Assembly: GCA_020137815.1 (NCBI GenBank)
Contig: CM035355.1
Span: forward strand, 7,316,001 to 7,380,000
Reading direction: 5' to 3'
Length of the DNA: 64,000 nt
Source: Hormiphora californensis
Taxonomy: Eukaryota; Animalia; Ctenophora
Shown here: piece by piece, positions 23,801 through 36,300 of the stretch
Position numbering within the stretch: the stretch's first letter is position 1
Layout of the letters: every line of letters begins with the position of its first letter
Notes under the pieces: model-generated
Database searches by the model: none
Seen by the model: only the letters and a program-made list of their open reading frames with translations
What the model was told of the DNA's origin: nothing
Program-made: the position numbers and the translations under genes

Positions 23801-26800
23801 TCTGAGCCCTATCCTCATCTCTCCGTGTTGTTTCTCCCTCCCACTCTCCCCTCATTTCATCAATCCTTTCTTCGACACTCTGCCGCGATAATTCAAGATC
23901 CTGTTTCGTTCTTTCTAGTTCTTCTTGGAGTGTTTCCAGCTCCTCCTGGTGGACGTTTAGTAAGACTCAATATATGGAGAGAAATTTTGTAAATGTATTA
24001 CCATATATAATGGTAATAGATTCACAAAATTGAAACTGATTTTATTACCTGTTTGAGAGTCATGGTCTCCAGGATCCTCTCATTTTCACCCTGGAGATCC
24101 TCTCGATCACGCTGGATCTGATTCAACTGTGCACAAAGGTACTGTTTCTCTTCATTAAGGGCGGCAATTTCCTCCTCTTGGGCGTCTAGCTCCGCTCTGA
24201 TGTTCTGAAAGAGTGTGGTAATATAGTTTTATAGTATGAGCTGTAGAATGGTATTTTGGTTCGCTCTCCCCTCGGTTCACATCGGAACTATGTGATAGTA
24301 ATAACGATGCTGAAAGAGTAGGTAGAGTGGCACAGTATATTGTGTAATAGGTCCTACTCAAAGGGGATTCAAGTATTGAAAAGGAAGAACAAAGTGAGGC
24401 CTTCTATTACCATCTGTTTATTACGATATCTGTATGTAAATGTAAATGTTCGTCTGTCTGTACTGAGTTTTCGAATGTTTAGTTATACATATATGCTTCT
24501 GCTGTGTTGCTTCGGATTTGGGTCAAAATATGCAATATGGTAAGACTGAGCGGTTAGAATAACTGATGATATGATTATTGATTATTATTAATTAATTGTT
24601 AATTAATTAATTAATTAATTAATTATTGTTAATGGTTATTGATTGATTTATTATTTTCATGTCTCCCTTCGAGTGTTATCTCACCAAGTCTGAATCGTCT
24701 TGTGTCTGTCGGTGTCGTTCCACCTGAAATTTGATAAGATAACACCCTGCCTTGTCTGTAAAATACCGCCTCTCTGTTTTGGAAGCTTGCCATACAGCTG
24801 ATAATACATATTATTTGATGTATGTAAAGAGCGTCATGTACACACTTTCAATGTATAAACATGCACACAAGAACGAACGTGATTTCAATCTGAGGGAGGG
24901 ATCATTTTCACAGCTGACACCACATCTCAGTGTATTTATTACCTGCTCCTGAAGATTAGCACTCTCAGTTATAAACTCATCTAGGTGATCTTTCATCTTT
25001 CTTTTCTCCTCCTCAGCCCGTTCCAAAGCTCCAGATAATTCCAATATATGACCCTGCAGCTCCTCAACATTACTATCGAGTTGGTTCCCCTCTGTCTCAT
25101 CTTTATCGGGCTGATTTTCTTGATCCAAAGTGAGCTAAAAACATAAAAACACACTCAAAAACGCATGCTCAATAAGAACTAACTGTTGAATAGCTCGATA
25201 CGACACATCAAGGTGCTCAAACCTTGCACACCACACGGCCTTCATGGAATAAACAATCCAAATTCCACACTGACCTGATTTATTTTCTCCGTAAGACACT
25301 GAATCTCTTCCTCCTGCTGTTTTATCTTCTCCTCCAAACAACCCACTTCCATGGAAGATGAATGTATCTCTGTTACTTCTTCTCCCCCAGCAGATGAAGG
25401 TACTTCGGTTACTTCTTTTCCCACGGCAGATGAAGGTACCTCTGCTGTTACACCACCACCCCCGCTAAGAGAGCTGAGTGCTTGTGCAAGGGTTTCCGTT
25501 TCCAATGTGAATTGAGAGTTGTAATCCCTAATCATCGATTTCAGAGATTCACCTTCTTCCCTCAGACTGGAAATGTCACTCTTAGTTTGGATGAGTTCTG
25601 CTTTCAGGGACAGTGATTTCTCGGCATCTTCCAGCTTTAGTTGTGTCTCTGAGAGGAAGATTATTTTTTATAAACGCACCTCTCTACAACTTGAGGGGGC
25701 TTCAAAACTTTATTTATGGATATGGTTTTATGGTTTTTTACTCTGCCTCTACCTATCCATCTCTAGCTCTTTAGTATCTTTTATTCTCTCTAAAAGAACA
25801 GTGATTTAGAATTCTTCGTAGCGTCCTTTATACGGGGTGCTTATCCACCCCTAACTAAAATCGTTTTGAAGGTGAATAGGAGGGAGAGATAAATACCAAA
25901 AATAATAAAAAAATCTCTCCGCCCTTTTCTCTCTGACCGCCCATTGGAGGTAATGGGCGGTTAGAGAGAAAAGGAAGGTTATTTGTACTATGTTTGGTAT
26001 TTATCTCTCCCTCCTATTCACCATCAGAACGCTTTTTAGTAAGGGGTGGAATGTGGATCTCTTATAAAGAACGCTACAAAGAACTTAGAATGGCGCTTGT
26101 GATTTGATAGCTGCTCGCTCTTATAGCTAATACCTCGTAACAAAGCATTCGTAGTTTTAGAAACAGGAAAGTTAGTTTTGATTTTTTCCCTTGAAGCTTT
26201 AATTGCCTTCTATTTCTGCCATCATGCCAATCATCAAGAGATTTTGACAAATGATCCAATCATTACCAAACAGCACTATTGAAATCCCCATACAGAATCC
26301 AAATATACCCATTTGAAAGTTTCTCTCATTTAGTATGTAAATTGTAAATAGATTCAACTTTGAGATGATCGGAGGATTTGTTGTACTCCTGATTCTTGGA
26401 GTAGCACTTCGTGGAGCTGCTGATGAACAAGTTGATGTTGCCAGTGCTACTTCAAGGACTTTGTATCTAAGCAGTAGCGACTGGAAAGCCAACAATGTAC
26501 TAGATGGTAACACTGGCACTTTTTACCATTCCGATGAAAGCAGCCAAGAGCAGTGGCTAAAGCTGGAGTTGACGGAACCACACGATATTGAAAAAGTAAT
26601 TATCATTAACAGGTACTTGTATGAATATCACAATGAAACATTGAAAATAGAATAGCGACTGGCTATTTGAAATGGCGGCTAATTTGAAACACCCCCTCTA
26701 CAGGCCAGCAAGTGCACTAAATTTGGATTTTTAGACATCAGTGGGCTTGGCATGAGTTCTGACTAGCCCACTAAATAATGTCTAAAAATCCAAATCTTAG

Positions 26801-28621
26801 GGGGTGTTTCAAATTAGCCGCCATTTCAAATAGCCAGTCGCTACCCTACCATTCAGTCTTCAGATAATTTCTACAGAATATTAAGCGATATTGTATCTTG
26901 TCTAGATTGTCTGATAGAGCATTTATAGCAAACCGTCTACTGGGTACAGTGGTCTCTCTTATCGGTGCTACCAGTAACACAACATGTGGGACTATCAACT
27001 ATGTCAACTCTAATGGTCAATCTGAGAGTGCTCAAACCTACACGGTTTCCTGTCCCGCTACTACCGAGAAAACGAATGCAGTTTTTATCTCTGATAACGT
27101 TATTGAGGAGACGGAGGACAAAGACCACAACCGTATGATCATGAACGTAGCAGAAGTTATGATCTACAATTTTACAGGCAAGTTTGACGTTTTGCGCTGA
27201 ATCTGACTTGATTCCCAATCAAAAATTTATCTATCACCAGATTGTAAAATGAACATATGATTTGATTATCAAAAGAAATTGTTAGAGTAGCTACTTGGTA
27301 GAAATAGTGTAAACTGTAAGAAAATATATTTCACTAAATTGAGATATTTCCCAGACTTAAAGTGCCCAGACGTCACTATAGACGGATCGGTGACCCATTC
27401 CTGGGATGATCAAGATGTAGGAGATACTATCGAAGTAGAATGTAAGAAACATCATTTTCTAATTGGGGAGGCCAATCTGACATGTCAGGGAAATTCAACG
27501 TGGCAACTGTATCCCAAGTGGAGTGGTGAACTACCAACGTGTAAAAAAATGGGTAAATATAAACTCATTCAACAATTCTTTATTTTCGAATAAATTTTAA
27601 CAACTCAGTCCCTATATATTTTGCTTCAGATGCCATGTCAACGATAAAGTTAGCGTTAAATGTGCAAAGAAAGCCAGCCGGCTTGACCTGCACCCGGCAG
27701 TAGTCGATATGGCCACCAAAACTTAAATTTGCAACTACCAACTCAATACCCTAGATATCATTCAATAAGTAATAAATATGAGTTATGTTTAGGGTTATTC
27801 TTTGGCCACGTCGTGCCCCCCCCCCCATGTGTTCATCAAAAAAGTCAAAGGGTAGGTCTTTCTCAATCACTGGGTAAGCCTGCGGTGCTTTTCCCCGATT
27901 CAAAGCCTTGCTATGCCCCGAATGAGAGAAAGTTTAATCATGCAACTAACCATTCAACGATGTCTCCAGCGAGTCACACAACTTCCTCCACTCATCTGCT
28001 TCTGTATCTCTCTTCTCCTTTTCCGCTGCCAGCTCCCCCTCCAGATCTGCAATCCTTGCATTATTCCGGGAATCATTCTCCTGGAAGTCCATCATCACCT
28101 GCCGCATCTGGTCCCGGGTATCCCTCAGGACAATCAACTCCGAAAGGAAATCTTCCCGTTCACTCGATATGTGGGATATTTTCTTTTCCAGGGCTAGAAT
28201 TTGTGTTTCCGATATTTTGTTGTCTTCTGTGATTGAGTCTTCCATCAGCTGGAGGTCTGTTTTCAGCTTCTGATTTGACTGGTACATTTGTTCATTCTCC
28301 AGGGATAACTGGGAGAGCTGAAAAAAAACCTCGATGATGAAAAATTTCAAAAGTAAATAGCATAGTGTATTGAATCTATGAAGGGAAACACCAAATACAG
28401 ACACGCTGTCATACTTTGCCACGAAGCGATTCATTGTCTTGTCCTAAATCCGATATTTCTTGCTTCAATGTTGTCTTTGCTGCATCATTATCAGAGTTTG
28501 ACTTTTTCAGTAACAGCTGCTGCTTCTTCAACAGCTTGATGAGGTCCTCCTTGGATGCATTGTCCAACTTGGAGCTTGGGGTACCTCTTGACACGGGCGT
28601 TGTACGCCCTGAATCTGACAT
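14887..28621 (-). CDS. GCC2: GRIP and coiled-coil domain golgin (GCC2/GCC185-like), many exons
   Basis: N-terminus SKLDNASKEDLIKLLKKQ resembles the GCC2 N-terminal motif. Long coiled-coil exons at 27951-28317, 25275-25648, ~23296-23547 and others. HLSTLLRESEHNAAALQ at ~20247-20340. GRIP domain NVEYLKNILLK at 15249-15347 and KERLVPVLSTVLQLTKEE...WSSSWFNS* ending at 14887. Confidence 0.85.
15448..15488 (+). other. Genomic copy of the ctenophore spliced-leader exon at the 5' end of a LINE
   Basis: TTTCAAACTTTTCAACACTACTTTAAACAAATTAATTTGAG matches the Pleurobrachia SL exon as I recall it (needs verification). It is followed by TTTGCC, not a GT donor, so it is not an SL-RNA gene. Confidence 0.85.
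15630..16871 (+). CDS. LINE ORF1, gag-like nucleic-acid-binding protein
   Basis: 413 aa with three C-terminal zinc knuckles: CFHCQGFGH...C, CCFCAGSH...C and CVNC...H...C. Confidence 0.9.
   Translation: MTVTSNYDICITKSDFEDVLAGEVFSNDYKGSDLLVCLGRGDTVCPSSVHKPQLWHLLKACYNMLPASAPFSVPGDQTDLRESFAKLHKDLVSTISALVKPMENSRSDIGGGDPEEPVTPTMKHYVNIKTGINEEGGPGFCAKKWTDEVKPKVETALKTIPVVRSRVNSDHTRLYFPDEDQMKEAEKVLTPLAQDCSMSFFSEEAKKLEPKVTINDLDPDLLKKETILAAILDKNVDIRKLYHEDKKLKVVFVSERDRYAVIQMAPEIRRLLSTNGDKINLGLRQHFVKNRYHVIQCFHCQGFGHIAGSIYCPQKDTPICCFCAGSHQTKDCRAKKNNETGRMKCVNCEVGGSREDKKYSKTHTASSMWCPSYINERARLMERTAGVSKEEKNLYWTRTKEELHRKRLGRLGH
16853..19802 (+). CDS. LINE ORF2: AP endonuclease + reverse transcriptase (7-bp insertion near the 5' end)
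   Basis: The APE start WKIGTLNVRSL...DICLIQ is in the -1 frame from 16853. After the CAGGACT insertion (16949-16955) it continues QETF...GDLN...TLDLVIT...SDH. RT motifs [23 protein letters not shown] and YADD. Confidence 0.93.
21378..21560. repeat. G-rich tandem repeat (~45-50-bp unit, ~4 copies) next to a GCC2 acceptor
   Basis: Repeated GGAGTAGTGGGRGATGGTTAAT...GGTAGTGGGGG units. Confidence 0.85.
23116..23260. mobile_element. MITE
   Basis: Inverted repeat TCCATTTTTTTCAACTGTTCACCC ... GGGTGAACAGTTGAAAAAAAATGGA. Confidence 0.7.
25812..26083. mobile_element. Fold-back/MITE element (near-complete 270-bp palindrome)
   Basis: Arms GGTGAATAGGAGGGAGAGATAAATACCAAA / TTTGGTATTTATCTCTCCCTCCTATTCACC with central CCGCCCATT-GGAGGT-AATGGGCGG. 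Confidence 0.85.
26365..27703 (+). CDS. Secreted F-type lectin (fucolectin/F5-8C fold) + Sushi/CCP protein, nested antisense in the GCC2 intron 25649-27950
   Basis: Signal peptide MIGGFVVLLILGVALRG. F-type lectin motifs ANNVLDGN, FYHS, WLKLEL, VIIINR, NRL, CG and VAEVMIY. Sushi domain CPDVT...VECKKHHFLIGEANLTCQGNSTW...PTC. Exons 26365-26612, 26906-27177, 27355-27552 and 27630-27703 with compatible phases; intron 2 is GC-AG. Confidence 0.8.
26655..26841. mobile_element. TA-flanked MITE in intron 1 of the nested lectin gene
   Basis: Perfect ~40-bp TIR GCGACTGGCTATTTGAAATGGCGGCTAATTTGAAACACCCC with TA on both sides. Confidence 0.88.
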
Positions 28622-28761
28622 TTCTACCTTATTAGAGAAAGAAACGTGGTTAACAGCTTATAAAATATCAGTTGAAGGCTTTCATGACATGAAGAAAAAA
28701 AATTAGGTATATAAATGAGGAGAAAGGAGGAAAAGCTGAGGAAAGAAACAAAAAATTCAGT

Positions 28762-29929
28762 TTGGCATACGTTGCAGGCCCCTTATAATATAATATAAGG
28801 GGCCTGGAGGGAATACCGCGCTAGGGGGGAATACATAATCAATCATATCTCCGGTTCCAGATAAGGTACAGAAATCGTTTTGGTAGCGTTGGAAAGAGGA
28901 AGATAACAGCTTTTAAATGCAACCGGTTTCAGGTCTCTATCTTATCAGGAACAGGAGATATGAACCAAACTCCGCAAAATCGAGTGCGGTAAAATAAAAA
29001 ATTCGAGATTTTAATTCAAATTTGAAACAAAGTGTCCCTGCAGGGACCTGTGACGTCACTTTTTGAAAACAACCAATCTTTGAACGGCTATTGCTCAGCC
29101 TCCTCAAGTCCAATTAACTTCTCTCAAAAACAGCAAGGTAGATAATTGTCAGATCTAACAGCTAGTGAAAGAATCAAGCAAAACGGACTTCAGGGGCCAA
29201 AGTTATTGGCATACGTTGCAGGCCCCTTATAATATAATATAAGGGGCCTGGAGGGAATACCGCGCTGGGGGGGAATACATAATCAATCATATCTCCGGTT
29301 CCAGATAAGGTACAGAAATCGTTTTGGTAGCGTTGGAAAGAGGAAGATAACAGCTTTCAAATGCAACCGGTTTCAGGTCTCTATCTTATCAGGAACAGGA
29401 GATATGAACCAAACTCCGCAAAATCGAGTGCGGTAAAATAAAAAAATTCGAAATTTTAATTCAAATTTGAAACAAAGTGTCCCTGCAGGGATCTGTGACG
29501 TCACTTTTTGAAAACAACCAATCTTTGAACGGCTATTGCTCAGCCTCCTCAAGTCCAATTAACTTCTCTCAAAAACAGCAAGGTAGATAATTGTCAGATC
29601 TAACAGCTAGTGAAAGAATCAAGCAAAACGGACTTCAGGGGCCAAAGTTATAAGCACCGCCGTTTTTTCGACCGCAAAGTTATTTTCGACCCAGCCGGGC
29701 TCAGGCCAAACGCGCGCGCGGCATTCCCTCCAGTCCCCTCGTTGCGGGGGTGCGCGCATGAGGGGGCTGCAGCGCATTCCAACCAAAGTTATAAGCACCG
29801 CCGTTTTTTCGACCGCAAAGTTATTTTCGACCCAGCCGGGCTCAGGCCAAACGCGCGCGCGGCATTCCCTCCAGTCCCCTCGTTGCGGGGGTGCGCGCAT
29901 GAGGGGGCTGCAGCGCAGCCGCATTCCAA
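28762..29929. mobile_element. Non-autonomous TIR element (MULE-like) with both ends tandemly duplicated
   Basis: ~444-bp unit x2 (starts 28762, 29206) followed by a ~132-bp unit x2. Imperfect TIR TTGGCATACGTTGCAGGCCCCTTAT / ATGAGGGGGCTGCAGCGCATTCCAA. Flanking direct repeat AAATTCAGT at 28753-28761 and 29930-29938. Confidence 0.75.
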
Positions 29930-30712
29930 AAATTCAGTTTGAGATCTTTTTTTGTGATCTGAAATTTTCAATTTCTCGATCAGCTTCAGATCACATGATG
30001 CGCGGCGTCCATATTAATTATTGCGCGGTTTTGTTTTGCGCGCACAAAATAGCACTCAATTTTCGCGCGAGATGCACCACTTGGTTGGCGTTTGTTCGCT
30101 AGTCCAAATTGCTCTCATCTCGCCGAAAGCGTCCCATGGCTGGAGCAAGCGTAAATTTAGTTTCGTCACGTTTTACAGACTATAACAGTGCACTGTCGCT
30201 CTACACACACACACACATGCAGAGTGTATAATACAGTGCCGGGACAAGTAAAACAGGAGATATTTTCCTATAAATCAACAATATATATAACATCGTGTAT
30301 TAATACTCTCTCTTACACGGTATATACAAGTCTCTCTCTTTCAACCTGTGCGAAAAACAGCAGCGATCAAATTCTAAACATACATTTTGTTTTGTCCCTT
30401 TCCATTCAATTTCATAAACTCTCCCATTATCACCTTTTACTTGACCCCAAAGTATGTATAATCCATCTCTTTCTCTCTTTCGCTTTTTCTCTCTTTCTCT
30501 CTCTGCCTTTCTTTCTTTCGGTTTGACAACTCTTAAGCCCCATACTTCTGTCAAAGGTTATCCCTTTTTTGCAATACGCAAGTTCTCTCAATAAACCTCC
30601 CTCTCTATCCCCTAGATTTCTCTCTGTCCCTTCAATTTTTCAGTTTTCTCTCTCTCTCTCACTCTCTTTCCCTCTCTCTTTCTCTCTCTTTCTCTCTCTT
30701 TCTCTCTCTTTC

Positions 30713-30780
<68 letters not shown>

Positions 30781-31263
30781 TGTCTCTCTCTTTTTTTCTC
30801 CCTACCCCTCTCTTCTCATTACCCCAAACGCATCTTATTCCAAAGACATCTTGCCCTAAATACCGAGAAACCAGATATTGATTAAATATATTATATTTAA
30901 TATCTCCAACCAAGTCATATATATCTCACTCACTATCCCTCTCTATTTCTCTCTTAGGAGAGAAGTAAAACGAAAAAATTTTTAAAAGAAACCAACCCTT
31001 TTTAAAATGTAGTTATACTGCATGTATTCGCTCTACTATAAGGGAGGCCTCCCCCAAAACAACACACTGACACAACACACATACATAAACACAGAATTGA
31101 CACAGATTGATGCGTGCAGGACCTGCAGGTTCAATAATCTCTCTCTCTCACTCTCTCTCTCTCACTCTCTCTTTCTCTACCTCTCTACACAAACGAGAGT
31201 GGCGGGAAAACATCTCTTGAAATCCCCTACTCTCTCTCTCTCTTATTTTACACACTAAATAGT

Positions 31264-33260
31264 CTACTGTAACATTAGCTGCCGGAGATTGTTTTGGAGG
31301 ATCGTATCTTTCACTGCTGAAAAAACGTACTCAATGTTTTTAGTGTCTGTGGCGGTGGTGAAATGGTGAAATAACGCTCGGTCCCGATTTCTCCTCACAT
31401 TATCGAACATGTCAAGAAGGAAATCTTGGACCTCCTTTATCACTCTCGGATCTCCCTTGAATTGGGGGAAAAACCGACTGAAATCGGAGGTTGGGAGCTT
31501 CTTTTTCAGCAGATCCGTCTTGTTGAGAAAGAGAATGATGGAGACATCTTTGAAGCACTTGTTGTTCACAATCGTGTCGAAGATGTTACAGCTCTCCTCC
31601 AGTCGCGGTGTCCTCTTGTCTTCCACTATCACCTGGGTAGAGGGTTGTTATGTTCAAACCCATTTTATTTAATGGGGGTATAGCTAGGGAGAGGGTTGTT
31701 ATGTTCAAACCCTCTTTTACATTTGTTGCAGAGCCAGGAGAGAGAGGGTCGAAGCAGGCAAGAGGGGATAGATTTAAGTTAAAAGTTAGTCAAGCATTAT
31801 AGCTTCTATAATTTTAGCGTTTATAGAAGATTCTATGGGAGGCAAATTATTGGAGGGAGAGAAACTTGGAAGAGTTAATTTAAAGATGGGAAAGAATTTT
31901 TAGGACAGATTTCGATCTGCCGAGCCCAGACTCTAAGAAATTCATATATTCATGAAGTCCATTTCCTAGAATCTGTATATATGGGCCGGGGCCCAGATGC
32001 ATCTAGATGATCTATAATATATGTATATATTGTTCGGGGATTAATTAGGATAATAGTTTAGTGAGAACTGAGAGTTGGAGCAACAAGTGGGAGTTGTCCC
32101 TGTTGAAATGGGCAGATAATGGAAATGGGTAGACAATTGCTAACACAGGGTGGGTTCATTAACAGGTTGGGGAGAGTGGGCGTGCCACAAAGTCTAATAA
32201 AGAACGATTTAAATAATACATCACTGCGCTGGCAAGCGCAAAGGTGACCACCACCTCCCCCCAGCCGCGCGTGCCAGAAAGCAGTAATAAGTTTTTTCAG
32301 TTTTTAGCCAAAAATGGCATTTTGCGACGCCCATAGCGAAGCCCCCACTGCACCAATCGGTCTGAAATTTGGTATACAGTGTCACGTAGACTAGATCTAC
32401 CAGTGTTCAAAAGGGCAAGTCTCTATCTCTTTTAGTTTCAGAGTTCTGACATGGTGAAAAAAGCAATAAATGTCCCTGGTCTATATATGTACATACATAC
32501 ATACATATAGACGCTTTTTTACACAATTTGCAGACAGTTTTCTGGAAAGACTACATAAGATAGACACTTCTCGTTTGTTGCATTCGAAAGATAATCGTTT
32601 GAATTGTGTTATTGGACGGTTTTCATGTTCCAGGTCCAACCAGAACGTCTTAAAATACTGTCATAAAGTTAAGACATTTTTCAAATAAACCAAATTTCTT
32701 TGAGCTCAATTTACACATTGAAGACGGCTTCTGATTGAAAAATGGAGACCACACTTGCGAAAGGTAATCGTCTAAACTTTCAGAAACTATATAGCGAATT
32801 TGTGAAATTCTATTTTCAAGGGTCTTAAATCGCGTCTGAAGTATTAAGACTGTATGAAAATAGATATGACGATAGTGTGTTTTTCGCCATAGCGACCTCA
32901 AATCTCGTCCAATCGATCTCAAACTTGGTCAGCATCTTTATCTAGATGAGCCTGATACTAATTTTTTCACTAGCATGACGTTATAACGTCGTGACGTCAC
33001 GCTATGACGTCACAATGACGTCAAAATTGAAATTTTCGTATTTTAGCGATTCCTGACGGTCTCTACAAGTTCTACTACGTCCAGACATGTCTTACATCGT
33101 ATTTTAAATCAGAAAATACCAAAAATATACCTAAATTATGCCAAAAACTAACAGAAATTAGTTGGCTGGAAAGGTGACCACTTTTGTTGTCAAACTGACA
33201 CCTTTGCCCGGCCCGGGTTACTGAGAGAGAGGGAGCTGGATTGAGGAAGGAGGAGAGAGG

Positions 33261-33336
<76 letters not shown>

Positions 33337-36300
33337 GAAATCATAGTGATCAGAGAGGGAAAGATAATGATGAAAAAACCCGGAGAGGGCAAAGGTGTCA
33401 GTTTGACAACAAAAGTGGTCACCTTTCCAGCCAACTAATTTCTGTTAGTTTTTGGCATAATCTGTCAATAACTTTTGTTTTGTTATATTTGTTTCACTAA
33501 AAGGCTTCCTTCCCCTATAGACTGATCGTCCTTTAATAAAATATCCCAAAATTGACCTTATTTAGTAAACCAACAACTAGCTCTCTCCATTTAATAGGGA
33601 TCACTGCGCTGGCAAGTGATTATATACCACTCGTTTTACCTGATCATAAGCAGAAGAAGCAACGAAGAAAAGAACGGATGTAACGGACTGATCGAAGCAC
33701 TTAAACCATTTGTGTCGTTGTAACCGCTGACCACCCACATCTACCATATGGAATGGAACCTCTGGAAGAAATTATCAAATTATAATAAATTATAAATTAC
33801 AATTTAAAAATAAATATAAAATAAGAATGCTTTATTCTAGAATGTTCAAGAGGGTCTTGACGCAAGAACACTGAACCACGATAGATGAGTCATCCTTTTA
33901 TGGAGGTAATATTCAATAAAAACGAATCTTATGACATATTGTGATAAGAGCTTCCTTAGAACAAATTCTAATTTCGACAGTCCTTCTATCAAATTGTATT
34001 AAGCACTAAATTGACACTCGGCACACTGTCTGGTGTCTCGAAATTTAGAAAACAGTTCCTACTTTTTATTTGGAAGATCTCTTCCTTGATTCCCGTCGTT
34101 TTCTTCCGGAGTCTCAGCAAGTCTTGTTGTACCGGATGGACGTTCTGGAAATGAGGCGTATTAGAAAGTAGATAGAATTGAAGCAGGAACCGACCGAATC
34201 TGGAAACACTGGTCCCTGATTGGCTGATAACCAGTCACGTGACCTAAATAACGAGTTCTGATTGGTTGTTTACTTGTTTCGGTCGGTTCCTGAATTGAAG
34301 GAATGAAAAACACAGTTATTAAAGTCGGTGGCGGCAGATTGCGAATGTATTGTAGAATGAAAGAAAAATATTATTTTATGGGGGTTGCACAAGATGGAGA
34401 GTATAATTTCATAACGACATATACCACTAAGTATTTATCCCTAAACCGCTTAACCGGACTGTCGAGAGATCAGTAAGAGGGCGATAGAGCAGACAAGATA
34501 AAACCCCACATACGACATACACCCCCCCCTTATTCCTTAATCGCAGAAAGACACTACTAGCTAAATAAGGGATATGTAATTTGTACGTGTTTGGGGGTGT
34601 TTATTTTTTCTCGTCTTTCCCTCAGTAGGATGATTAGATTCCCTTTTACAATTTCCACACGGCTATAAACCTAAGCCGTGCTATACCCACGTCCCACATC
34701 GTTGTATACTGAATACCAGAGATTCAATACACATAAACACTTGCCATATTCTAACCCTCCTTTACATTTGTACCTTCGAGAGAGCAAATAAACCGAATAA
34801 ACGCCCCTTCTCAGACAGAATGATTGGTGAGTGGTATTCTGGTTAAATGCCCAGCCTCTCCTCCCTTCTAAACGGTTACGTATTGCTGCCCCACCCTCTT
34901 ATAAACGGTTACGTATTGCTGCCCCACCCTCTTGTAAATGATTCGCTGCAATATCATATTCTTTCTTTTCCGCAGTAAAGTACTGCACTTAGAGAATGAA
35001 GCATGTATGGAATTATTATATGGAGAGTGAAGTATAATATGGGTGTAGTAAAACTCAAATAAAAGATAGATAGATAGATTAAGATAGTTGTGTGTAGAAC
35101 TTAAATAAAAGATAGATTAAGATAGTTGGGTGTAGAAGTTAAATAAAAGATAGACGAAGATAGTTGTTATAATATCCTGCTGTTAGCGGCGGTAAGTTAT
35201 TTTTGCCACAAAAAGGAGGGAGATACAATTCTCTTGCTGCGCTTACCTACCTTTGAGGCCCCTATTCTCTCTTTATCCCTCTCTATCTTTCTCTCCCATT
35301 TCTCTCCCTCTCTCTCTTGTACACAAAAACAATATGGTAACAATGAACTACTATATACGTATTATAGACCTCTGAGGCCTCTTTTGTTTAGGCCACTGCA
35401 CTGGGACAGAGAGAATGGGAGACAGAGAGAATGGGAGACAGAGAGAATGGGAAATAATGAATGATGAAACAAAGGATTAAACAACAAAAAAGTGTGAACA
35501 AAGGGTGAACAAATTGTGATATATGAATCAAACAGGATTTCACGACAAACAACAAAGATCTACGATCTAAGTTTACTCTCATGTTTCGATTGCTTGTTTC
35601 TAATAATAGCTTTGTCGTAATATTTGTTTGGTTATATTCTCATTATAAGGAATGAAAGTTCATTAAAAAAGAATACCTCCAGTCTGATATTCGACCCAAC
35701 ATGTGTGTCGTAGGGGAGAGAGAGAGAGAGAGAGAGAGAGGGGGGTGGGAGAGAGAAATTGAGAACGCGAAATATGATATAGTAAACACGGACACACGGA
35801 CACACACCGTGTGTGCTAAGATTGTGAGAGCTTCTACGGGGAATGAACTAATGATGAGAATTTGTCCAGTGACCCACATTTAAAAAAAGTATAATGTTTT
35901 AGGTAATCTGAGTGAAAATGACGACAGAAAATAAATATGATTCTGATCAAAAGAATTATTATATCCGGCCTTTAAGAACTTGTAACATTACATGATAGGC
36001 AGCTGTCTTGAAACATTGTCCGGGAACAGTTTCAAGACGGCTGCCCATGTCCGCATGAAGAATTCAACAGCCGCCCCGTGGCCCGTTGTATTTATTATTT
36101 CGACATGACATTTCGCCCAGTTTCACAATTTGAGTGAATCACAAATCTACTCAACTACCATATTAAACCTAGACAGCAAAATTATCCCAACCATGGACTC
36201 TTCACTCTGCTAAAAAGTTTGGGGAATTCAGAAAACTAATGAGTTTACCCTCGATATAATAGTCATTTCCTGCTTAATATTGGGCTCAAAGATGTATTCA

